A stretch of 64,000 nt of DNA from NCBI GenBank assembly GCA_963807605.1, contig CAWECG010000003.1, positions 352,001 through 416,000 on the forward strand, read 5' to 3'. The translations under genes and the position numbers were made by a program. Source of the stretch: Candidatus Bathyarchaeota archaeon (GTDB lineage: Archaea; Thermoproteota; Bathyarchaeia; 40CM-2-53-6; RBG-13-38-9). Each line of letters begins with the position of its first letter. Position 1 is the stretch's first letter. Below the pieces are notes generated by a model, which searched no databases, was not told where the DNA came from, and saw only the letters and a program-made list of their open reading frames with translations. This document shows, in pieces, positions 29,022 through 37,299 of the stretch.

Positions 29022-30185
29022 TCACCATCTTCCTGCTAGATTGGTCTTGAAAATAAACCTCATCACTCGCATTGTTGCACGTTCGATAAGTTGACGAGCG
29101 TTTGTTATCGATTCTTCAAGTGAAATGGGGCCCTCAGAAATACATTCCACTGCGTCAATTCCATTATAGAAGATGTCCTCATGATCAAGAGCTATCGAGC
29201 CGACGATGGCTATCACGGGCAAGTCATATTTCTTTGCCTTAAGTGCAACTCCGCAAGCAATCTTGCCAGTCGCAGTCCGGTCATCGATTCGACCTTCTCC
29301 TGTTAGGACAAGGTCTGTTTGAGACAGATAACGGTCTAGATGAACATATTGGTCTACTACATCTATGCTGTAGAGGAGACGTGCACCAAAAAAAGCATAT
29401 AGTGACGCTGCAAGTCCTCCCGCACCTCCCGCCCCCGGGATAAAAGACAGATCAATCCCGCGTTCCTTGAAGACCAAATCAACGAAATGGTCCACTCCTC
29501 CAGATAAGAGGGACACTTGTTTTGGAGTGGCTCCTTTCTGAGGAGCATAGACTCGGCTGGTTCCCTCGGGTCCACATAGGATGCTAGTTAGGTTACATGC
29601 CACAGTGATCTCTACGTCAGAAAGCTTCTTGGCAGCATCAGCATAATCAATTCGCATTACATTGTTCAGATCAGATCCTGTCGGGAAGCTCAACGGCCTT
29701 GCACTTCTATTAGAATAGAATTTGACACCAAGTGCAGTCGCGCACCCAATGCCGCAGTCATTTGTAGCGCTATCTCCACATCCAACAATAATTCTTCTTG
29801 CACCGCCTTCGATTGCTTTGCTAATTAGCTGTCCAACCCCAAAGGTAGATGTCAGAAGTGGATCACGTTTGTTCCTCGGGACGAGAGATAATCCAGCAGC
29901 AGTTGCGCTCTCGACTATTGCTGATTCTCCATCTCCCAAAAATCCAAAATAGGAGTCTATCTCTTCTCCGAGCGGATCCTTTACTTTAACATTTTCTAGG
30001 CGTCCTCCTGTAACCTCTGTCAGGAGTCTCGCTATGCCAGAGCCTCCGTCAGAAAGTGGTCGGACAGTTACAGAGGCAGTAGGAACGATCTCCTCCACGC
30101 CGGTCTTCATTGCCTTGGCGACTTCGAAGGAACTGAGGCATTCTTTGTAGGGTCCAGGTGCAACAAGAATGTTAGAAAGATCCAT
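29022..30185 (-). CDS. glxK: glycerate kinase (GlxK/GarK family)
   Basis: APGPYKECLS, PLSDGGSG, STFGVGQLI, GDSATNDCG, YAPQKGA, GAGGAGGL, TGEGRID. Confidence 0.85.
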   Translation of the reverse strand: MDLSNILVAPGPYKECLSSFEVAKAMKTGVEEIVPTASVTVRPLSDGGSGIARLLTEVTGGRLENVKVKDPLGEEIDSYFGFLGDGESAIVESATAAGLSLVPRNKRDPLLTSTFGVGQLISKAIEGGARRIIVGCGDSATNDCGIGCATALGVKFYSNRSARPLSFPTGSDLNNVMRIDYADAAKKLSDVEITVACNLTSILCGPEGTSRVYAPQKGATPKQVSLLSGGVDHFVDLVFKERGIDLSFIPGAGGAGGLAASLYAFFGARLLYSIDVVDQYVHLDRYLSQTDLVLTGEGRIDDRTATGKIACGVALKAKKYDLPVIAIVGSIALDHEDIFYNGIDAVECISEGPISLEESITNARQLIERATMRVMRFIFKTNLAGRW

Positions 30186-30187
30186 AT

Positions 30188-30952
30188 CTACTGTCGATCC
30201 ATGTGTTTGACAACAAACTTCTCTGCGTCATCAAAGTCAGACGGGACATTGATGTTACACACAGGAATATCGACAATCCGAGAATAGACTGTAATACCCG
30301 AAAGAACCATTGCCTTGAGTATCAAGATCCATCCAGTTTGAAATGGCTTCAAATTATCTGGCACACTGTCCTTTGTTATGGGTTTAGGCAATATCTTCCT
30401 TATTTTTGCAAGGGATCGTTTTGTCAAAATTAGTAATACACGTTCAAAACTAGTTTGTGTGTCTTTCTTGTTGATATCGTTTAGGCAATTGTCCTTAACA
30501 ATGAACTCCCATTTCTTGTGGCCAGGTTTTGGGAGCTCAACAAACAGGGCTGTATCATGCTTCTCGTTCTTAGAGAAGTCGCTCAGGACTTCCCTGACAG
30601 CTCTTTTTGGCACAAGAACATCTGAGCTCATTCCAAGGAATGCTTCCGCAGAGTCCTCTTCTGCCACTTCAAAGACTGATTCTGCCATCGTCCTATTTGG
30701 CAAGTTGCGGAATTCGACATTATCTCTTTCGAAGAAGGCACGTATGAGCTCGCCTTTGTAGTCAATTGCGATTATTGGTCTCAACATTCCGGTGCCCAAT
30801 AACGAGTTAAGTGCGTACCAAAGGATTGGCCTTCCGCTCACTGGTAACAGTGGTTTAGGAAGGTCGTAGGTTCTCGGTCTAAGCCGGGTGCCAAGACCAC
30901 CCGCCAAAACAATAGGGCGTATCTTGTTCCCAGTATGCTTGCCTACTGTCAT
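30188..30952 (-). CDS. sugar-phosphate nucleotidyltransferase family protein
   Basis: LAGGLGTRLRPRTYDLPKPLLPV; C-terminal NINVPSDF. Confidence 0.85.
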   Translation of the reverse strand: MTVGKHTGNKIRPIVLAGGLGTRLRPRTYDLPKPLLPVSGRPILWYALNSLLGTGMLRPIIAIDYKGELIRAFFERDNVEFRNLPNRTMAESVFEVAEEDSAEAFLGMSSDVLVPKRAVREVLSDFSKNEKHDTALFVELPKPGHKKWEFIVKDNCLNDINKKDTQTSFERVLLILTKRSLAKIRKILPKPITKDSVPDNLKPFQTGWILILKAMVLSGITVYSRIVDIPVCNINVPSDFDDAEKFVVKHMDRQ

Positions 30953-31626
30953 AGTTCCATTTCTTCACCAAAACCTAAGACACAAGCCTTGATTCCGTAT
31001 CTGTTTGCCTTCTCTGCAAATTCCTTTGGATCAACTCGATCTTTGTCTTTGGGTGAATCGTAGTGTAGCGGAATTACTAACAATGGTTTTAGCTCGCTAG
31101 CAAATACGAGCGCATCGTCAATCCCCATCACCACTCCACGGTCAGATATGGGCACAAAAAGATATTTCGTCCGAGTTTCCTCAGGAAGCAGCGATGGGTC
31201 CATGAATCGAGTGTCGCTTGTATAGTAAATACTGGTCCCATCTGCCGATATGACCAAACCAAAATTGGCTATATTCTCGCCCCTTACTACGTGGTCGGTC
31301 TTTGTCGCTGTAAGGGTGAATCCTGCCTCCACAATCTTAGTTCCTTCCACTATCACTTTTGAGTCTATTCCTTCATTATGCAAAATCTTGTCGATTTCCG
31401 AATTTGTGAGGATTACAGGCTTACTCCTGGACAAGATTGACTTTAACAACTCGAGGTCGAAATGATCAGCATGCTTGTGGGTAATTGCAATTACATCTGC
31501 AATTGGGAAATCTTTTGAAGTCACCCTACCTGGATCTAAGTTATACTTGCCTGGATCAATCAAGAGTCGTCTGCCCGTTTGCGCAGTGAGCAGAACGGTG
31601 CTTTGTGCAAGCCGCCTAAGTTTCAA
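30949..31626 (-). CDS. MBL-fold metallo-hydrolase
   Basis: IDPG, THKHADH, YTSDT, IPLHY. Confidence 0.9.
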   Translation of the reverse strand: MKLRRLAQSTVLLTAQTGRRLLIDPGKYNLDPGRVTSKDFPIADVIAITHKHADHFDLELLKSILSRSKPVILTNSEIDKILHNEGIDSKVIVEGTKIVEAGFTLTATKTDHVVRGENIANFGLVISADGTSIYYTSDTRFMDPSLLPEETRTKYLFVPISDRGVVMGIDDALVFASELKPLLVIPLHYDSPKDKDRVDPKEFAEKANRYGIKACVLGFGEEMEL

Positions 31627-31813
31627 GTATTGACCCCCTTTCCATCATGCCTGTTATTAATCTGTGCACTGAAGTTCATATAACTTTAGCATAGCTCTTC
31701 GTCTCGACCTCTCGTCTTTTCATCCTGTATTGTACATAAGCTCAAAGAGATTGAGTCAGAAAAGCCAAATTAGTAGAGAAGCTGTTCGAGTTCTTCACAT
31801 GTCATGTTTCAGG

Positions 31814-31881
31814 GGGGTACTAACCCGCGATAACGCATGGGTTTAACTTCTGAATCTGAAGTCATCGGAGCAACGCGCGCG
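31814..31881 (+). repeat. cassette-boundary direct repeat, copy 4 of 4 (long form)
   Basis: GGGGTACTAACCCGCGATAACGCATGGGTTTAACTTCTGAATCTGAAGTCATCGGAGCAACGCGCGCG. Confidence 0.9.
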
Positions 31882-31974
31882 TAACTTCTTCCTTAACGAT
31901 CCCACATCACTTCTTTTCGTTCAGATAAACCTCTTTTCATCATTATCTTAATATCAATAGGAAAAGAAACACTA

Positions 31975-32655
31975 CGATTGAGAAAATTGATTTCGCCTAA
32001 GTCAAAGAGACCGCTCGTCAAATTTTCATTTTATTCAAGAAGCAAACTGACGGGGCAAACGTTGACATAGACGAACTGGCAAGAGGCAACGTTCGCAATT
32101 TTTATTTCAAGAACAGCATCCCAGAATCGGATGTTGCCGAGGCGTTCCAGCTCTTGCAGCTCCGTAATCTCATAATGCCATCTACAAATACCCCGACCTA
32201 CTATCAACTCACGAGCTTCGGAAAATCCATTGAGGCAGATGATCTCTTCGAAAAGATAGTGGACCGTACCTTAGTTTCTCAACTTTCAGAGGTAATAGAC
32301 ACCGATCTTGCCCGAGGATGCCTCGATAAATCATATGAGGATGCCATCACTTCGGCTTTCCGCATACTTGAGGAGCGCATGCGCAAACGTATCAATGCAG
32401 GCGCCGAGCTTTTCGGACTGCCACTGGTCGAAGAAGCTTTTCATCCCCAGAAAGGAAAGCTGATCTTCGGAGAAACGTCCGCTGAGAGAGAGAGAGGCAC
32501 TTCACCAGATTTTTAGGTCAGCCTTCCTGATGCTCCGTAACCCGCCGTCACATCGATATTTGAAAGACTTCACTGGAATGGAAATCGTTGAGATCGTGCT
32601 TTTCGTGGACTTCCTGCTAAAGGTACTAAGCAAGACTTTGGATAGAAATCCGTAG
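31975..32655 (+). pseudogene. TIGR02391 (Ymh-like) family protein, disrupted
   Basis: YEDAITSAFRILEERMR...GLPLVEEAF, then a frameshift in a (GA)6G run at 32484-32496. The shifted frame continues ALHQIFRSAFLMLRNPPSH...VDFLL to TAG 32655. An in-frame TAA also lies near 31998. Confidence 0.75.
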
Positions 32656-32766
32656 CGCGCCGGTGTATAAGAAAACAACGCAAGAATGCTAATATCGGGA
32701 CAATCCCGCGCGCTCATTAGATCACTTCAAAAATAAATCCTTGTATTGTGACTTAATTAATAGAAT

Positions 32767-33066
32767 ATGACGAGCGGAGAGGACAAGTTGTCGAAGGAAG
32801 ACGGGGACAAGTTAGAATCCATAGACAAGACTCTACGGGAAATTTTGAAGTGGACACGGTTTGCGAATATTTCCAAATTGAAAGAGACTCTAGAGACCGA
32901 GCTAGATAGTGACGAGAAGAAACTCGCATATGAGAATACGAATGATCTTAGCGGACTGAAGGAAGTGGCGGCTATCGCCATTACTCTGACTAGCACCATC
33001 GCTGGAACTAGTACTGTTATTGGAAGCATCAAATACGCGATTTCCACTTATATTCAGCTGTTGTAG
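32767..33066 (+). CDS. hypothetical protein (possibly truncated)
   Basis: 99-aa ORF with ATG start; the N-terminal 70 aa look protein-like. Confidence 0.45.
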   Translation: MTSGEDKLSKEDGDKLESIDKTLREILKWTRFANISKLKETLETELDSDEKKLAYENTNDLSGLKEVAAIAITLTSTIAGTSTVIGSIKYAISTYIQLL

Positions 33067-33128
33067 ATAGTCCTAAGCCAAATGCAAGTTGGCAAGTTAC
33101 TGAGCCATCATTGTGCGAGGAGACGAAT

Positions 33129-33545
33129 ATGAAAGATGACCTTAAGGGGTATATGTTCAAAGAAGTGGAGATAATCCAGAGTATCATAAGGCGAATGGCT
33201 TCAAATTCTTTCTTGGTAAAGGGATGGACGATAACTCTAGTTGCAGTGACCCTCTTATTCAAAGGAACAAGATATCACGTGTTTATCGCCTTCATTCCCC
33301 TGATAGCTTTCTGGTATCTGGATGCATACTTCTTGTGGCAGGAGAGACTCTATAGGAAATTGTACGAATGGGTGATTAACAACAGACTGAAAACTGACCA
33401 GTATTTGCTCGATATGAATGCCTACAGATTTAGAGATGAAGTCGAGTCGGTTCCAAGAATCATGCGATCTCTGACGTTGGGGCTATTCTACGGCTTGCTA
33501 GGAATGTTAACGGTAATATACATAATTGTTCTTATCTTGGTGTAG
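33129..33545 (+). CDS. multi-TM membrane protein, TIR-associated putative effector
   Basis: IQSIIRRMASNSFLVKGWTITLV...FWYLDAYFLWQERLYRKLY; about 3 TM segments; ends 14 nt before the TIR gene. Confidence 0.7.
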   Translation: MKDDLKGYMFKEVEIIQSIIRRMASNSFLVKGWTITLVAVTLLFKGTRYHVFIAFIPLIAFWYLDAYFLWQERLYRKLYEWVINNRLKTDQYLLDMNAYRFRDEVESVPRIMRSLTLGLFYGLLGMLTVIYIIVLILV

Positions 33546-33559
33546 AGAGCGGATGTTGA

Positions 33560-34009
33560 ATGGCAAGACGAGTGTTTTTCAGTTTCCATTATGAGAAGGA
33601 TGCATGGCGAGCCAGCCAAGTTCGTAACAGCTGGGTGACGAAACCTGACAGAGATGCTGCTGGGTTTTTAGACGCTGCTGATTGGGAACAAGTGAAGAGA
33701 GGTGGGGAGAACGCGGTAAGAAGCTGGATTGATAAGCAGCTGGAAGGCACGTCCGTGACGGCAGTTCTTATTGGAGCTGAAACTGCCAACAGGGAATACG
33801 TGTTGTATGAAATAGATCAAAGCTACAAAGAACGACATGGATTACTAGGAATCTACATACACAATCTTAAGGATCAGTATGGCAAGACAGACTACAAGGG
33901 CTCTAATCCTTTGTCCAGCATTTACCCCACGTATGACTGGGTAAGTGATAATGGATACGAAAGATTTGCTGAATGGGTAGAAAGGGCGGCAACGGACGCC
34001 GGAAGATGA
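33560..34009 (+). CDS. thsB: ThsB-like TIR domain protein (DUF1863)
   Basis: RRVFFSFHYEKDAWRASQVRNSW, IDKQLEGTSVTAVLIG, catalytic Glu in YVLYEI. Confidence 0.85.
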   Translation: MARRVFFSFHYEKDAWRASQVRNSWVTKPDRDAAGFLDAADWEQVKRGGENAVRSWIDKQLEGTSVTAVLIGAETANREYVLYEIDQSYKERHGLLGIYIHNLKDQYGKTDYKGSNPLSSIYPTYDWVSDNGYERFAEWVERAATDAGR

Positions 34010-34342
34010 CTTTTGTCAAAGACATCCTGATCGTTTCATTAGTCGAACGATATTCTAAGCCTATCTCCCAGTGCGATCGCTTAGATTCCGACTATTAGTC
34101 GAAGTAAGCTGGTGGTGCTCACCAGCTACGGCACACACACAAAAAAAATTACAAAACCTAGCGGTCCAAATTAAGCTGCTCTCACCAGCTATGGCGACGA
34201 CGATGTCCCTTGGTGAGCGACGATGAATCATATGGTGGAGAGAATTTCCTCAAATCCCTTGAGTGAATCTGTCACTCAAGGCTTGGGAGCGGAGTCTCGG
34301 AATCATTAAATCGATTTTCGACGCAGAACTAAAAGAGCCTAG

Positions 34343-35183
34343 ATGCCATTCTGTTCTCGATGCGGAAGAGAACTGCTTCCTAATTCGAAATTCTGCATGC
34401 ATTGTGGAACATCTATTAATGCACCTATCCCTCCACCCCCAGCCATTCCACCGTCACCGGCAAAGCCATCGCATATCAACAGAAACATAGCTATCGTTGT
34501 AATCTTCATCATAGTTGTCGGGATTTTCGCGGCTGCTTCTTCTGGACCTAGACTTGAAACTACCACTCAAACAGCGACTCCAGTCTTGAGAACTGAGACA
34601 CCAATAACGACCGCAACTCCGTTACCGCAAGGCAGCATAATACGACTGGGACAACCCCTCATTCTGAAAGAAGGCTACCCAGAGATTCCGGTGGAGATAA
34701 CCTTCACCGCAGCTCGGTTCACTACAAAATATGGTTACTACGAAGCAGATAAGGGATACGAATTCTTGGTCTTGGAAATTACGTCAAGAAACGTTGGCAT
34801 GAAAGAAACCGATTGTTTCCACTCCTAGATGGGATGTGACTGTTGACAAAGGATACGTCTATGACAAAAAATCCTGTAATTTGACATATACGTCGCTTCG
34901 ACCGGAAGAAACCAAGACTGGCTATGTCATGTTTGAGATACTTGAGACAACCATTCCTTTAGAAATACGTTATTATGGTGGCTTGTTCGGAAAAGACCCG
35001 GCTTTTGTTCTAGATATTCGGGGCGAGTCTATTCCATTAAGCACTGCCGCTACCAACGAAGAACCCAGAACGAGTTTATGCTCATTGACATTTGGACATG
35101 ATTCAATCATAGAGTGTAGGTTATTCAGCTTGATGCAAGTTGCTCCCCGTTCTATTGCCACCTATGACGGAGTGGAATTCTAA
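34343..35183 (+). pseudogene. zinc-ribbon + TM + DUF4352-like Ig domain protein, frameshifted near 34810-34830
   Basis: ORF 34343-34828 (CSRC..CMHC, TM, ADKGYEFLVLEITSRNVG) continues in another frame as VTVDKGYVY...LRPEETKTGYVMFEI. Confidence 0.6.
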
Positions 35184-35629
35184 TGGTGGAGAGAACCGCA
35201 GAATTCATACTTGGACTCATAGGCGGAATATTTGGAATACTCACCGTTCCAGGCCTATTCATTCTAGGAGGACTCTCAGCAGCTTTCGGTGGATCGGCAA
35301 CACTGGCATACTGGGCTGTTGGAGGAGGGATTCTCTCAATCATCGGCTTAATTGGTGCAGCATTCGTGAAGAGCCACCCCAAGCTAGCAGGTGGGATAAT
35401 GTTATTTAGCGGTTTCTTCGGCCTCTTCGTCGCGTTAGGATTTTGGATAGGCGCACTTCTGCTAATTGTTGCCGGAATAATCGCATTGATCAGGAAGGAG
35501 AAGCCCGTGCAAACTCCCGCACAAACCCCCGCTCAACCGGCGTACTATTGTACGAACTGCGGGAAGACCTTGACTTTCATGTCACAAAGCAAGAGGTTGT
35601 ACTGCGAGGACTGTAAAATCTACATGTAG
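35183..35629 (+). CDS. DUF4064-like membrane protein with C-terminal zinc ribbon
   Basis: RTAEFILGLIGGIFGI, about 4 TM segments, CTNC...CEDC. Confidence 0.7.
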   Translation: MVERTAEFILGLIGGIFGILTVPGLFILGGLSAAFGGSATLAYWAVGGGILSIIGLIGAAFVKSHPKLAGGIMLFSGFFGLFVALGFWIGALLLIVAGIIALIRKEKPVQTPAQTPAQPAYYCTNCGKTLTFMSQSKRLYCEDCKIYM

Positions 35630-35814
35630 CTCACGCTAGCTACAGCTATTCCTGACTGTAAGCGCGAGTATTTAGGAAAGGTTGAAGACTCTAGGCACAA
35701 CGGCACAACCCACTTCAGGCGGACGCGCGTTATCAACCACATTCTAGTTCGAGGACTCTGACAAAAAAAATCTCGGTTGGGATATTGTAAAATAGCGGCT
35801 GAATCTCTTATAGT

Positions 35815-37299
35815 ATGAGCATTGTGGTCAGCGTACTCCAAATATCGGATTTGCACAGGTCGAAGGATACTCCTGTCTCCAATGATTTTCTTTTGTCGTG
35901 CTTGCTCTCAGATATTGACAAACATGCAACGGAATCGCCCAAAATTCCAAAGTGCGACCTCATAGTCATTACAGGCGATTTAGTGGCTGGCGCTAAGATA
36001 GATGACGAGAACGCTCCTGACACCTTAAAAAAACAGTACGCACAAGCGAAGGATTTCCTAGTCCGGCTTTGCAAGAAATTGTTGAAGGGGGACTTAAGCC
36101 GACTCTTCATTGTTCCAGGGAATCATGATGTTTCCTGGCCAGCCAGTAGGAGATCCATGGAGAGGGTTGAAGACGTGGGCTCTATTGATGTTCCAAACGC
36201 ACTTGCAAGAGTTAACAGTCCATACCGTTGGTCTTGGAAGGAACTGACCATGTATCGTATTAGGAGTATGGAGGAGTATGCGGAGCGACTTTCGAGCTTC
36301 AAGGAGTTCTTTGATGATTTTTATCAGAGCCTCAAACTTAGATTTAGTCTCCAAGATCAGAGGCAAGCATTGAATTTTGTCACACCTGACGGCCGAGCCC
36401 TTTTTACGGGATTCTGTTCTCTCCATGAAAATGATTGTTTCAACCGACGAGGTAAGATATCAATTGACGACATCGCTCGCAACAATTTGAGCATCAGAGA
36501 ATCAATAATGAACGAGATTTCTTTGAAAGTCGCTTTTTGGCATCATAGTGTCGAGGGAACTGGATACCATGATGATCACTTAAACTCCTTTGAAGTTCTT
36601 CCGCACCTCATAGACCACGGCTATGCCCTGGGTCTGCATGGGCATCAACACAAAAGCGCTGTTGTATCTTATGCCTATAGTCTGAATCCGAAACTAGTAA
36701 TGCCAATTATTGCGGGTGGTTCGCTATGCGCAGGTCCATACGATATCCCCCCCGGTTATAGAAGACAGTACAATATCATTGAGATCGACGATGCGAATGC
36801 AAGAATAAGGGTTCATGTTAGAGAGTGGTTCGACGACACCATCTGGGCTCCTGCCAGACTTCAAGAATTCGGTGGAAAGAGCTGCATGGAAGTAGACATG
36901 CCAATCCTGCAGGAAGTTCTTCAGACATCAAAGCAAAAGACAAATGCAGCGGTCATCCAAGCGGTCCAACAAGGAGAAGCGTCCGTCCGAGCTAAGGACT
37001 ATGATAGTGCCTTGATAGCTTTAGCTAGCATCCCGAGAGATATTCTACTGGTTCGCAAGCTGCTTATAGAGTCATTCCAAATGCTGGGCCGATGGCCGGA
37101 GCTAATTGATCTCATTGGAAATCCTACGAATACCGAAGAACTCGCCCTGATGGTAGATGCCCTGGCCAAAGTCAAGGATTTCTCGAAGGCTGAGAGAATA
37201 TTGGAAACGTGTTCTAACGAGCCGGAAAGATATGATCGCACCTTCATTGATGAGTTGAGGAAGAGATTGGACGCTGAAAGGAGATATGTGGGCGTATGA
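35815..37299 (+). CDS. calcineurin-like metallophosphoesterase with C-terminal TPR-like helices
   Basis: QISDLH, ITGDL, VPGNHD, WHH, LHGHQH, YNIIEI. Confidence 0.85.
   Translation: MSIVVSVLQISDLHRSKDTPVSNDFLLSCLLSDIDKHATESPKIPKCDLIVITGDLVAGAKIDDENAPDTLKKQYAQAKDFLVRLCKKLLKGDLSRLFIVPGNHDVSWPASRRSMERVEDVGSIDVPNALARVNSPYRWSWKELTMYRIRSMEEYAERLSSFKEFFDDFYQSLKLRFSLQDQRQALNFVTPDGRALFTGFCSLHENDCFNRRGKISIDDIARNNLSIRESIMNEISLKVAFWHHSVEGTGYHDDHLNSFEVLPHLIDHGYALGLHGHQHKSAVVSYAYSLNPKLVMPIIAGGSLCAGPYDIPPGYRRQYNIIEIDDANARIRVHVREWFDDTIWAPARLQEFGGKSCMEVDMPILQEVLQTSKQKTNAAVIQAVQQGEASVRAKDYDSALIALASIPRDILLVRKLLIESFQMLGRWPELIDLIGNPTNTEELALMVDALAKVKDFSKAERILETCSNEPERYDRTFIDELRKRLDAERRYVGV

Noticed and set aside
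17864-31881. CRISPR array or classical integron attC sites
   Set aside because: The intervals between repeats are 3-7 kb and there are no cas genes. The repeats are too short for attC, and I see no IntI-specific insertion in the integrase.
32656-32715. Possible fifth degenerate cassette repeat (AACGCAAG ... CGGGACAATCCCGCG)
   Set aside because: The sub-motifs are in the wrong order and too short to exceed chance.
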